Assembly (NCBI GenBank): GCA_037308085.1
Contig: CP147779.1
Span: 1,472,001 to 1,536,000, forward strand
DNA length: 64,000 bases
From: Promethearchaeati archaeon SRVP18_Atabeyarchaeia-1
Lineage (GTDB): Archaea > Asgardarchaeota > Atabeyarchaeia > Atabeyarchaeales > Atabeyarchaeaceae
Reading direction: 5' to 3'
Made by a program: the position numbers and the translations under genes. Below are positions 21,501 to 29,571 of the stretch, piece by piece. Under the pieces are notes generated by a model, which searched no databases, had not been told where the DNA came from, and was given only the letters and a program-made list of their open reading frames with translations. Position 1 is the first letter of the stretch, and the number at the start of each line of letters is the position of its first letter.

Positions 21501-22517
21501 GCAATGTTCTCGCATCAGTTCAAGGAAGTCAAGGTGGAGCCGCAGCTGGTTTCAGGTTTTCTCACGGCCATATCGGAGATGATGAAGGAGGTCGTGGGAG
21601 GAGATAGGCGGCCGCTGAAGACCATTGAGAGAAGCGATGCCAAGATAATCATTGAGTTTGGCACTATGGTGACCGGAGCTCTCGTAGCATCGAAGTCATC
21701 TCGCGAATATAGGCGGCGTCTAAAGGCATTTCTGAGAAGATTCGAGGACGATTACGCCGACAGGATCACAAATTGGGACGGAGATCAGTCAATATTCCAA
21801 GCTGCGCCCGAAACAATTGAGGAAGCCTTCAGCGAAAGAGCAAAAACAACAACTTATCCAACTATCGGAGGTCTAGAAGACCTGCTCTTCACGGGTAAGC
21901 TGAGCGGCGTGGCCGTATCTGTAGCCGGCAAGACTGGCAGTGGAAAAACGGAATTCTGCTTGAGATATGCGTCTTCTCTTCTGAAGAGGGGAAAACCCGT
22001 AATAGTGATCGCGGCGTCGCTGGCACCCAAAGATGTAAGAGAAGCGCTGAAGAGCGACGACGTGGATCCCGTCCAAGCAGAGAAGGCTGGAAGCCTCGTA
22101 CTATACGATGCATTTTCCGAAATCTCGGGCGTTCACACCACCGAGAAACTGAGATTCGGCAGCCCTGGAGAACTCAACAAGATCAATCTCTCACTGTCCA
22201 GAAATCTCAGTGAACTCAAGAACGCGACAATAATCTTTGACTCTTTGTCGGCGATGGCCGACTATAGCGAATTGGAGCTCGTAGTTGACTTTGTAAGAAC
22301 TGTCAAAGTGAAAATACTACAGGGTGGACATACGGCCCTCTTCATCGTCGATTCATATGCCCACGACAAGAATCAGCTGAATTACATCTTTTCTGCGATG
22401 GATGGAGAAATCGAGACGGCAACCGAGACCACTAAGAAAGGAGAGCAGGAAATGCTCGTCTCCTTCAAGAGGCTGAAGGGCTTCAAGGTAAAGCCTGGAT
22501 TCCACGAGTTCAAGTAA
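18537..22517 (+). CDS. Single-pass receptor-like protein: jelly-roll/Ig-like ectodomain, 3 Big-like repeats, FN3-like domain, TM, longin-like domain, KaiC/RAD55-like ATPase
   Basis: Signal segment; DxTxP...WNT..xDG...WD repeats; TM ITVILGLGVIPVVAVLSSIIFL-RRRK (~21358-21432); longin-like QLVSGFLTAI...FLRRFEDDY...WDGD (~21463-21837); Walker A GKTGSGKT and Walker B IIFDSLS. Confidence 0.82.
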   Translation: MGKRVCRASLVAIFVVLLMGIIVTEVPNIGNVTDVGKPASENPLFSPAFNGVKFSSSGPPRGVTEYLSGNKDMTQQSIISGGTDTLGIDIPNGWSPIDLSAKIYQLSANQSFLRNSEFANGYRQDATHVLPSYWTNKSSDAPGIAYNLAEWDNGTEQAVYTASVTGHNHQTTEFAGWTQLVYINGTSPTNTILEFKIKRVGDIGNPDNRHLIAYAYVNGIQFMNLEYRYINASYDRVVINVSSAVPSLPALVDVTLMMGYSGHMNPSPSAYIYFDSVYLHTNCSVVPKAVDLKLNGASISGRRYGQGAASLHGVLATPFTFTSNTTGSVRFKCNSTIVIFEAKLSDLVTLIAIQGSNVSNNASKTSFFDASSWTLGSTLYTRDVLNVSIPHDWIYSGVIFPNGTKVAGESLGRIKKYDNVSSWIISLNVTSIGSYGPSPYVVQATSPNYLGAVSTFRKITGDWTPASFFVNGSRIMINATVQGGSSSHGSAYAVFYNASDYSVWKNMSSYAVNPGGTGILSFNFAWSNANVTASNLISLVLWSNSSEVGVNWIPITFDLTPPQVRIALPYSSLCAGGTADVTVSNLDAHPRNITLFIDGSQVGTWTSPSATYTWNTRLLPDGLVQLKVTGWDWVDHVNTTTFQVIVDNTPPTLTTNFPANYSYVHRTVTLTASFTDANPKNVTILLAGVPSFSSSGPATFYWNTSLHTDGPVELTAISWDQAGNFNRIKSLVTIDNTLPTLRVNFLNASLYTRGNITISISCTDINFKNVTLSLGGTPVGAWTSAKPNYKWNTTTWLDGGYPLTVNGWDLAGNNNMTSMIVYVDNTPPTAPTLIYPNNGEEFNVTTLTSPLQWQAASDFGSGVDHYILQLDTSPLFSSANLRTISVPGVNYSIPVASPLYDGNWSWRVSAVDRVGNPGGYSSPRSFQVVVRLAPPPGGLPITVILGLGVIPVVAVLSSIIFLRRRKAEPEEYDRKNLRVAYVFAGDGRAMFSHQFKEVKVEPQLVSGFLTAISEMMKEVVGGDRRPLKTIERSDAKIIIEFGTMVTGALVASKSSREYRRRLKAFLRRFEDDYADRITNWDGDQSIFQAAPETIEEAFSERAKTTTYPTIGGLEDLLFTGKLSGVAVSVAGKTGSGKTEFCLRYASSLLKRGKPVIVIAASLAPKDVREALKSDDVDPVQAEKAGSLVLYDAFSEISGVHTTEKLRFGSPGELNKINLSLSRNLSELKNATIIFDSLSAMADYSELELVVDFVRTVKVKILQGGHTALFIVDSYAHDKNQLNYIFSAMDGEIETATETTKKGEQEMLVSFKRLKGFKVKPGFHEFK

Positions 22518-23307
22518 ACCCGCTCTCTCTGGTCATGGCTAGGGGGGTTCTTCCGATTACTCGCTCGTGAAGGTGAACGGTTATTCCATCTGCGTTGATC
22601 TCGAATGGTCTCAAACCAAGAGTGTGGCTTACCCCCCGCATCTTTCTTACCTCCACAGCTCTGATGCGCTCAGTTGACTGCTCGAGCATGTAAAGAATTA
22701 TGACGCCGTCGGTAGTGAACTCCTCAACGCCGTACCTGCCGAAAGCTTGGGATCCTCTCACTATCTCTGAAGTCAGAAGTGAGGTGCAGCCCATCTTGTC
22801 CAAGACCCTTGATAGTCCGAAGATCTCTTTTCGGACCTCGAAAGGTTCCTTGAAGTGACTCCCGAGTATTGTGATGGGGTCTATCACCACCCTGGTGGCA
22901 TTTACCTCTCGAACCGCCTCCTGTATCTCCTGGTAGAAATCTTCAGCCAGGAATTCCGAGAGCGTGAAAGGCTTGACTTTTGTCGGTATGCTGTTGGATA
23001 TGTCGGCTGGTCTGGCAATCGAAGCGTCAACAATCTTGAGTCTGCCTTGTGCTATTAGGTCAGCTAGATCCCAGCCGAAGCCGAGCTTTGCATTCCTTGC
23101 GATGCTGGAGGGGGGCTCTTCGAGGGTGACGAGGACGCCGTTTTCCCCATAAAGTTCAATGCCCTTTACTAGGAATTGGCATCCGAATATGGTTTTTCCG
23201 GCGCCTGGTTCACCCGCAACCAGGTATGCAGAACCCTTGAGAAGCCCGCCGCCGATCAGTTCGTCCAGCCCTGGGATCCCTGTCGGAACCTTGACAAACT
23301 CCTCCAT
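22510..23307 (-). CDS. KaiC/RAD55 family RecA-fold ATPase
   Basis: VPTGIPGLDELIGGG, GEPGAGKT, VTLEE, RVVIDPI, GVEEFTTDG, RKMRG. Confidence 0.92.
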   Translation of the reverse strand: MEEFVKVPTGIPGLDELIGGGLLKGSAYLVAGEPGAGKTIFGCQFLVKGIELYGENGVLVTLEEPPSSIARNAKLGFGWDLADLIAQGRLKIVDASIARPADISNSIPTKVKPFTLSEFLAEDFYQEIQEAVREVNATRVVIDPITILGSHFKEPFEVRKEIFGLSRVLDKMGCTSLLTSEIVRGSQAFGRYGVEEFTTDGVIILYMLEQSTERIRAVEVRKMRGVSHTLGLRPFEINADGITVHLHERVIGRTPLAMTRESGFT

Positions 23308-23467
23308 ACTACCTACACCCCTACAAATCTAGCATTCTAATTATTTGCAGAGGAAGTAATAAATCTGCCCCCAGAGTGGTTATCATAGAAACTGCCCGGC
23401 TCAGAGTGAGAGCGGCAAAAAAAGGCTCTGTCTTACTTTCCAACTGATCCGAAAGGCACAAAATAGG

Positions 23468-23496
23468 AAAAAGAATGGACCGCTAAGAGTCCATTC
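23468..23496 (-). terminator. Hairpin plus U-tract downstream of thiolase
   Basis: GAATGGAC/GTCCATTC inverted repeat next to an A-run on + (U-run on -), about 30 nt after the thiolase stop. Confidence 0.5.
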
Positions 23497-23522
23497 GCTA
23501 GATTCAACCGGGGGTTGTCCAC

Positions 23523-24722
23523 TTACTTTTCTCTCTCAATTATCGTTGCGATGCCTTGGCCCATGCCGACGCACAAGGTTGCTAGCCCATACTGGACATT
23601 TCTGCGTTCCATTTCGTTGAGCATCGTTGTGATGAGCCTCGCACCCGAACACCCCAGAGGGTGTCCAAGCGCTATGGCTCCTCCGCATGGGTTGATTCTC
23701 TTGTCATTCATGAAGTCGTCGAATTTCTCGCCCCATTCCGAGCCCGTAGCTATGCAGACTGATGCGAATGCCTCGTTGATCTCGATTACTCCCATGTCCT
23801 TTATGGTCAGACCTGCGCGTTTCAGGGCTTTGGCTGAAGACGGTGCTGGCCCGGTCAGAGCGATGACGGGATCCACTCCAACAACCGCCATGGACTTTAT
23901 CGTCGCCCTAGCCTTCAGACCAAGTTCGTCCGCCTTATCGCGTGATCCCAGCAATATTGCGCATGCTTGGTCGTTTATGCTTGAGGAATTTCCGGCAGTG
24001 ACCTTTCCAGTTGGGGGCTTGAATGCCGGGGGAAGCTTCGCAAGTTTTTCTAGTGAAGTCTGCTCTGGGACTCTTCTGGCTCCTTCATCCTTCTCCACAA
24101 CCTTGACGGTGCCGTCCGGCTGCTTGACATCGGGCATGGGTACGATTTCATTCTTGAATTTGCCTGCGTCTTGGGCAGCTACCGCTTTCTGGTGGCTTGA
24201 AAGCGCGAATTTGTCCATTTGTTCCCTTGGAATCTTGTATTTCTCTCCAACGGCTTCGCCAGCAAGACCCATGTTGGTGATTGGGTACTTCTTGTATAGT
24301 TTGGCCGCCGCTAATGAGTTTATGACTCCATCTGCGATTCCCATGGCGAACCTCGACATGTTCTCAACGCCGCCACCTACGGCGAAGTCAGCGTTTCCAG
24401 TCATTATTTCGCTGGCAGCAAATTGTACTCCCGTCATCCCTGAGGCGCAGAACCTGTTGAGTGTGACGCCAGCGACGCTGATGGGGTATCCCGCTTCGAG
24501 TAGTGCTACTCGGGCGAGATTTCCAGCTTGGTCTCCGAACTGCGTGTTGCAGCCAATTACGACATCCTCAATTTGGCTGGAATCTATCTTTGTCCTGTCA
24601 ACTAGGGCCTTTAGGCAGTGAGCTAGCATGTCATCTGATCGAGCTTTGCTAAGTTGCCCTTCTCTCTTTCCAGATGCCGTGCGCACAGCATCGATTATCA
24701 CAGCTTCACGGAGTTCAGTCAT
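23523..24722 (-). CDS. Acetyl-CoA C-acyltransferase (thiolase)
   Basis: NRFCASG, TAGNSS, EINEAFA, GGAIALGHPLGCSG, LCVGMGQG; start taken at MTELREAVIIDAVRT after GGAGG. Confidence 0.95.
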   Translation of the reverse strand: MTELREAVIIDAVRTASGKREGQLSKARSDDMLAHCLKALVDRTKIDSSQIEDVVIGCNTQFGDQAGNLARVALLEAGYPISVAGVTLNRFCASGMTGVQFAASEIMTGNADFAVGGGVENMSRFAMGIADGVINSLAAAKLYKKYPITNMGLAGEAVGEKYKIPREQMDKFALSSHQKAVAAQDAGKFKNEIVPMPDVKQPDGTVKVVEKDEGARRVPEQTSLEKLAKLPPAFKPPTGKVTAGNSSSINDQACAILLGSRDKADELGLKARATIKSMAVVGVDPVIALTGPAPSSAKALKRAGLTIKDMGVIEINEAFASVCIATGSEWGEKFDDFMNDKRINPCGGAIALGHPLGCSGARLITTMLNEMERRNVQYGLATLCVGMGQGIATIIEREK

Positions 24723-25016
24723 TTTTCGATCAATTCCTCCTTCAATCAATTGCCTCGATAGACAAAACAATCCTCAGTCTTCGATCAACCACTCTAATCT
24801 GCTACTTGCAGTCAGATGGTATTATAGCGTTATTTGATCACAAGCAGAATGACGGTCTTATTTAAGCCTTTACTACCACTGGCAGTATGCGAATGATTAC
24901 GGTCGATTTGTGACTCGCGTCTTCAGCTTGGAGTAAAATCCATTCATGAAGACCTTTTGCTGTAACTTTCCTTACATAATCTCATGAAAAAAAGCAGCTC
25001 CGAACTGAGGAATGAA

Positions 25017-25838
25017 TCAAAGCAGCTTCAATGGATCTGAAGTGACCGCTGGTTCTCCCTTAACTTGGTTGGCTATCTCCCATGCTTTTCTGACGTTCTC
25101 TTCGTCTCCCTCAAGCATCAACGTCACTGAACCTTCAGCCCCCGCTATGCCGCCACCTGCCAAGGGAACTGCTTCAACATTTGAGAGGATCTTGAAAGAT
25201 GCTATTTCAGTGACGACTTCGCCGGGAAGAAGGTATATCTTGAATAGTGGCAGTCCCATCTGTTTCCATATCTTCACATTGCCTTCTTCGAGTCTTCTCT
25301 TAACGTAGTTTAGGGACCATGGGATAGTCTTCTCAAGCCCAACTGGTACGACGAGTTTCATCCCGTTGTTCTTGAGGGCCTTCCAGGCTGCTCCTATCGT
25401 TCCGCCAGCTGGATCCACCGTAATCACGCCAGCGTTCCCCTCGTGGTCGATCGCATTGGCACCCTTTATGAAAACGTCCTTGGGACCCATTCCTTCAAAC
25501 AACTTGGGCAAGTCAGCAGGTTTGATCTCTGTTATCTCGCCCCTTCGAATCAGCAGGGGGTAGAGCCTCTTGGAGACGTTTGTCATTCCTAACCCTTGCG
25601 GCGTTATTATTCCCGCGCTGAAATGCTGCTTGTCGATTCTTCTCCCTGTCACTTCCTCGGCTACGAATGAGTTGGTGGTTCCAACTCCAATGAGGACCGA
25701 GCCATCCTTAAGGGCTCCACTCACAACATCCATCTTGGCAACCGCCTTGCCGATGATCCTCTTCGACTCGGAAGGAGTTAGCGTCACAACGATTCTCGCG
25801 ATTTTCGCATTAACCAAGAAATGGTCACCACGCTTCAA
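25017..25838 (-). CDS. Conserved hypothetical protein (possible NagB/RpiA/CoA-transferase-like fold)
   Basis: LTPSESKRIIGKAV, GVGTTN, FIKGANAID, PVGLEK, GGGIAGAEGSV. Confidence 0.55.
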   Translation of the reverse strand: MKRGDHFLVNAKIARIVVTLTPSESKRIIGKAVAKMDVVSGALKDGSVLIGVGTTNSFVAEEVTGRRIDKQHFSAGIITPQGLGMTNVSKRLYPLLIRRGEITEIKPADLPKLFEGMGPKDVFIKGANAIDHEGNAGVITVDPAGGTIGAAWKALKNNGMKLVVPVGLEKTIPWSLNYVKRRLEEGNVKIWKQMGLPLFKIYLLPGEVVTEIASFKILSNVEAVPLAGGGIAGAEGSVTLMLEGDEENVRKAWEIANQVKGEPAVTSDPLKLL

Positions 25839-25879
25839 CAGTTCTGAATTATGTTCTAGCCAAGATAACCCGTAGAGAG

Positions 25880-26542
25880 CTAGATCTTCACGAGCTCGAC
25901 TGTGACCTCTGGCTCCAAGGATACGATTGCTGCTCTGCGTGTGAACGCTGGACCAGGGTTAACTGCCACCGTTGAGTTAATCTTCTCCACACCGGCAGCT
26001 TCATGAATATGTCCACAGGAAGCTAGGATCGGTTTCTCTCTCAAAATGAACTCCTTGACACTCTTGCTCCCAACGTTGGTTCCTATCGTTGTCTTATCAA
26101 GAGAAGTTGAGTTTGGAGGATCATGAGAAACAAGAATTAGCTTGTCTCTGCTCGTAGTGGAGCTGAGCGCCTTGTTCAGTGCAGCCTCGATCTCTTTGTC
26201 ACTAGTGGTGAAAGGAGACCAAAATGGCGCAGGCACGGCACCAGAGACGCCGACAAACGTGTATTCCCCGATCATGTGCGACCTACCGTGGAGACAGAAG
26301 GCGCCTGAGCCGTCAACACCATTAGAGATCTCCGGGGGATCGAAATTGCCTGAAACGTAGAGAACGTTCGGCGTAGCATCAAGCAGCGTATTCAGAAGAT
26401 ACTCAGCGTCTTCAGCTGTTCCCGCATGCGTTATGTCGCCGGAAACAATTATGGCATCCAGATGCTTCTCCTCGAAATACCTGACGACGCCCAAGGCCGC
26501 TTCAACTTCTCCGTGGTAGTCTGCCGTCACGATCAGATTCAT
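25880..26542 (-). CDS. Metallophosphoesterase (calcineurin-like)
   Basis: DYH, GDIT, GNFD, SHDPP, CGHIHE, NPG. Confidence 0.9.
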   Translation of the reverse strand: MNLIVTADYHGEVEAALGVVRYFEEKHLDAIIVSGDITHAGTAEDAEYLLNTLLDATPNVLYVSGNFDPPEISNGVDGSGAFCLHGRSHMIGEYTFVGVSGAVPAPFWSPFTTSDKEIEAALNKALSSTTSRDKLILVSHDPPNSTSLDKTTIGTNVGSKSVKEFILREKPILASCGHIHEAAGVEKINSTVAVNPGPAFTRRAAIVSLEPEVTVELVKI

Positions 26543-26784
26543 CTTTGGCTCCTCCTTTTCGACATGGCTTGATAACTATCCGATCAAGAGGAAAGACGCA
26601 GAGAGCTACCCTGCCTCCACGATCCGCCCAGAACTGATTGGGCGCTTAAGTGTAAGTCGGTGCAGACATGAGATAAAGGCTTTTTCTCCTTGGCTGGGAG
26701 CGCGCTACACGTGAATCCGATGATCAGTATTAATACGTAATGGGCGAGACCACTTGAGGATCTTGCATCGCAAATGTCAGCAGG

Positions 26785-27312
26785 TTAAGCGCCACTTCTT
26801 CTTAGCTTGCCACGCGTGCTTGCTGATCCCTTAAGCGCAGACCTAGCGCTTAACGTGGCCAGCTTGCTTTCGACTTCTGCGGCAGATTCATAGTCACCAC
26901 TCTGCCTGTACAGAGTAGCCGCCTCCACAAGCGCCTTATTTGCTTCTTCTTCCCGCCCAGACTCATGAAGCGTCAATCCCAGCCAATGCCACGCCTTACC
27001 CAGTCCTGGGCGTATCTCGATTACTTTCTTGAAAGAATCTGCTGCACCCCTGAAGTCCTTAGAGTTGTACTTAGTGCGTCCCATATCCATCCAAGTATTA
27101 AGATCAGAAGGATCAAGTTGAGATGCAATGCTCAGTGCCTTTAGCCCCTTCTTGAGGTCCCCCTTGATCATGAAGGCAGACCCCAGGTTCTTCCAGGCCT
27201 TAGCATACTTGGGATCAAGCTCAAGTGCTTTCATGTAACACTTGATCTCTTCATCAATGTTTCCCCTGATACCGTTCTCAACCCCTCTCCTAAACCAAAG
27301 CTCAGATGACAG
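26785..27312 (-). CDS. Tetratricopeptide repeat protein
   Basis: KALELDPKYAKAWKNLG-type repeats. The frame stays open upstream of the track ATG (27234) as LSSELWFRRGVENGIRGNIDEEIKCY; probable CTG start at 27312 after GAGGGGG. Confidence 0.8.
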   Translation of the reverse strand: MSSELWFRRGVENGIRGNIDEEIKCYMKALELDPKYAKAWKNLGSAFMIKGDLKKGLKALSIASQLDPSDLNTWMDMGRTKYNSKDFRGAADSFKKVIEIRPGLGKAWHWLGLTLHESGREEEANKALVEAATLYRQSGDYESAAEVESKLATLSARSALKGSASTRGKLRRSGA

Positions 27313-27562
27313 TTCTATTCAGTCCCCCTCTTGTCGGGATGACAGAAACCCATTTCCACGGTAAGACGCTCAGCGGTTCCCTCAGAGATCGGATTTCACG
27401 ATCCCAGTATCCAGGTTGATATGGACAAACGTGTAGTATGCTACCTTAACATTTCCGACGTAATTTCATATATAGCTTTCTCTCGCACATCTACGCGTCA
27501 CGTCTTTGCATAAGAAGGTTCAGGTGAGATTCCAGATTGCACTCGTTCTACGTGCTTGACGA

Positions 27563-27720
27563 CCGTTGTCCGAAACTTACCCGTTTAGGGCGCCGCCCAA
27601 ACGGCGTTCGGTTCCTGCTTCATCGGCGGGCACCTGCCACGCGGCATGAACCTCCCGCCTCTCGCAGGCGTTTAGCGTCTCCGCCCAACTGGCGGCGACG
27701 AATGCTAAGTTTAAAGCGGC
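27563..27720 (-). ncRNA. Putative omegaRNA (reRNA) scaffold of the IS607 TnpB
   Basis: GC-rich structured stretch overlapping the tnpB 3' end (GAGACGCTAAACGCCTGCGAG...GATGAAGCAGGAA...CAACGG) up to the right end; the guide would be the flank TCGTCAAGCACGTAG. Confidence 0.6.
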
Positions 27721-28773
27721 GTTGAGGTCGCGGTCAGCCTCAAAGCCGCAACGTTCACACCTGAAGGTTCTCTCGGAGAGCGGCATCTCATCCTTCACTG
27801 CTCCGCAGTTGGAGCACCGCTTCGTGGATGGGAAGAACGGGTCTGCTGCGACCACCACGCTCCCATACCACTTCGCCTTATACTTCAGCTGGCGGAGGAA
27901 CTCTCCGATTCCAGCGTCCGCAATCTGCTTCGCCAGGCAATGGTTCTTCATCAGCCCAGCCACGTTCAGGCTCTCCACGCCGACAACTGACTTGGTTCTC
28001 GCCAGCATCGCCGTGGCTTTGTGCTGGGCGTCCCTGCGGATGCAGGCGGTCCTGAACTCGCACCGAGCCAGACGTGACTGGGCATCCGCCCAGTTTCTGC
28101 TGCCCTTCACCTTCCTAGAAAGTGATCTTTGGAGCCGCTTCTTTTTCCCCTCATAGTAGAGCAGCGCTCTCGGATTCTCAACGGTGGTTCCGTCGCTGAT
28201 CGTGGCGAGCTTTGGTATGCCCATGTCGATCCCCACAGTCGGACCGACGTTTACTGGAACTTCAATTTCCTCATCTACCTGAACACTCACAAACCAGCGC
28301 CCCGCCTTTTCAGAGACCGCCGCAGACAGAATGTGAACTCCGTCAGTTGGTAGGTAGCCTTTCTCCTTGAGCCGAACCCTGCCGATTCGGGGCAACTGAA
28401 TTGAATTGCGGGCAACTGTAATGGAACCCGTGAGCCTGAAACCGCCGACTCCACGCCTCCTGCTCCTGAACTTCGGGTATCGGCTCCTCCCCTCGAAGAA
28501 GTTTCTGAACGCCCTATCCAAGTCGCGGAGGGCTTCCTGCGGGGCGCACTTCGAAACCTCGTACATCCACGGGAAGGTCGCGCGCTTTAGCGCATTCAAC
28601 TGCCGGTGCAGCTCGATTGCGTTCGAGGACTTTCCAGTCTTCTCGTATTCCTCCTTCCGCCGGGCAAGCCCCCAGTTGTAGGCAAACCTAGCTACGCCAG
28701 CAGACTTGAGGAGGAGCGTCTTCTGGACGTTGTTAGGGTCTAGCTCCGTCTTGTAAGCACGGTCAACCAGCAT
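27577..28773 (-). CDS. tnpB: RNA-guided endonuclease TnpB (IS607), catalytic triad intact
   Basis: AYKTELDP...GVARFAYNWGL; RuvC motifs GIDMG / VESLNV / DRDLNAALNL; zinc ribbon CSNC...CERC. Confidence 0.95.
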   Translation of the reverse strand: MLVDRAYKTELDPNNVQKTLLLKSAGVARFAYNWGLARRKEEYEKTGKSSNAIELHRQLNALKRATFPWMYEVSKCAPQEALRDLDRAFRNFFEGRSRYPKFRSRRRGVGGFRLTGSITVARNSIQLPRIGRVRLKEKGYLPTDGVHILSAAVSEKAGRWFVSVQVDEEIEVPVNVGPTVGIDMGIPKLATISDGTTVENPRALLYYEGKKKRLQRSLSRKVKGSRNWADAQSRLARCEFRTACIRRDAQHKATAMLARTKSVVGVESLNVAGLMKNHCLAKQIADAGIGEFLRQLKYKAKWYGSVVVAADPFFPSTKRCSNCGAVKDEMPLSERTFRCERCGFEADRDLNAALNLAFVAASWAETLNACERREVHAAWQVPADEAGTERRLGGALNG

Positions 28774-29329
28774 CTTTAGTAGCCTCCATTGCTCTCATAG
28801 CCCTATTCTTCGCTGCTCTCTTCCCATACAGTCCGGCGCAGAAGCTAGTTAGGACATCGATCATATCCGTTACTAGATCGTCCTTGCATTCAATTTCATT
28901 GGCTATCTCTGCTGTCCGATTGGCCGCTTTTAATGCGGCTATGATGTAACCCCATCCAAACCGTGCCAACCTGTCACGGTGTTCAACCACGATAGTGGAG
29001 ACGGAGGGATTTTCTAGAAGTTTGATGAGCCTCTTTCTGTTACCATTTAGCCCCGATCCAATCTCAGAGACCTCCTGAACCACATGGAGTCCCTTTGCGG
29101 TGGCATATTCACGTAGCCTTTGGAGTTGCCGTTCCAAGTCTTCTTTCTGATCTGATGAAGATACTCTGGCATATAGAGCCACGTTGTTGGTAGTTGTTGG
29201 AAGTTCATGTATGAGAATTGTTCCAGTTGGGAGCGGTTGCGTCGGGCATGGAAACTGCCCTGAACGATAGAGACGATAGGCAGTCTTGTAGTCCAGACCA
29301 TTCTTCCTTGCCCAATCTGCCAGCTTCAT
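28763..29329 (-). CDS. tnpA: IS607 transposase (MerR-HTH + serine recombinase)
   Basis: MKLADWARKNGLDYKTAYR, LYARVSSSDQKEDLERQ, EIGSGLN, EHRDRLARFG, LYGKR. Confidence 0.95.
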   Translation of the reverse strand: MKLADWARKNGLDYKTAYRLYRSGQFPCPTQPLPTGTILIHELPTTTNNVALYARVSSSDQKEDLERQLQRLREYATAKGLHVVQEVSEIGSGLNGNRKRLIKLLENPSVSTIVVEHRDRLARFGWGYIIAALKAANRTAEIANEIECKDDLVTDMIDVLTSFCAGLYGKRAAKNRAMRAMEATKDAG

Positions 29330-29571
29330 GCTAAATACCCGACCATAAATGGGTTGTATTGGTTATGAACTAATCTATCTGTTGAAACCCCACCGAAGAC
29401 GTTGGCCCTGGGTCAAGACGGCGATTGCTCCTGAGGGCGAAACCTGGGCAACTAGACGACTCGCACGACGAGCGATCCGGCGCTTATCTATATCCTTATT
29501 ACGTCTCAGAAGGATAGCAGAAGGTGCGGCCATAGTGGACATATAGGCGCAGTTTCAGACGGCTGGTTCCT

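Larger units (their letters stand above)
27563..29390 (-). mobile_element. IS607-family insertion sequence (tnpA + tnpB)
   Basis: Serine recombinase overlapping tnpB; ends on the - strand are GG|GTTTCAACAG... and ...GACAAC|GG (GG core, no TIR or TSD). Confidence 0.9.

Noticed and set aside
23515-24621. 368-aa + strand ORF
   Set aside because: Antisense to the thiolase, Ser/Pro-rich, with no recognisable motifs; the same applies to the other antisense ORFs over AOR, mgtA and the amidohydrolase.
29424-29452. GCCCAGG...GGAGCAA on the - strand resembling SRP RNA helix 8
   Set aside because: No GNRA tetraloop and no other SRP helices recognisable.
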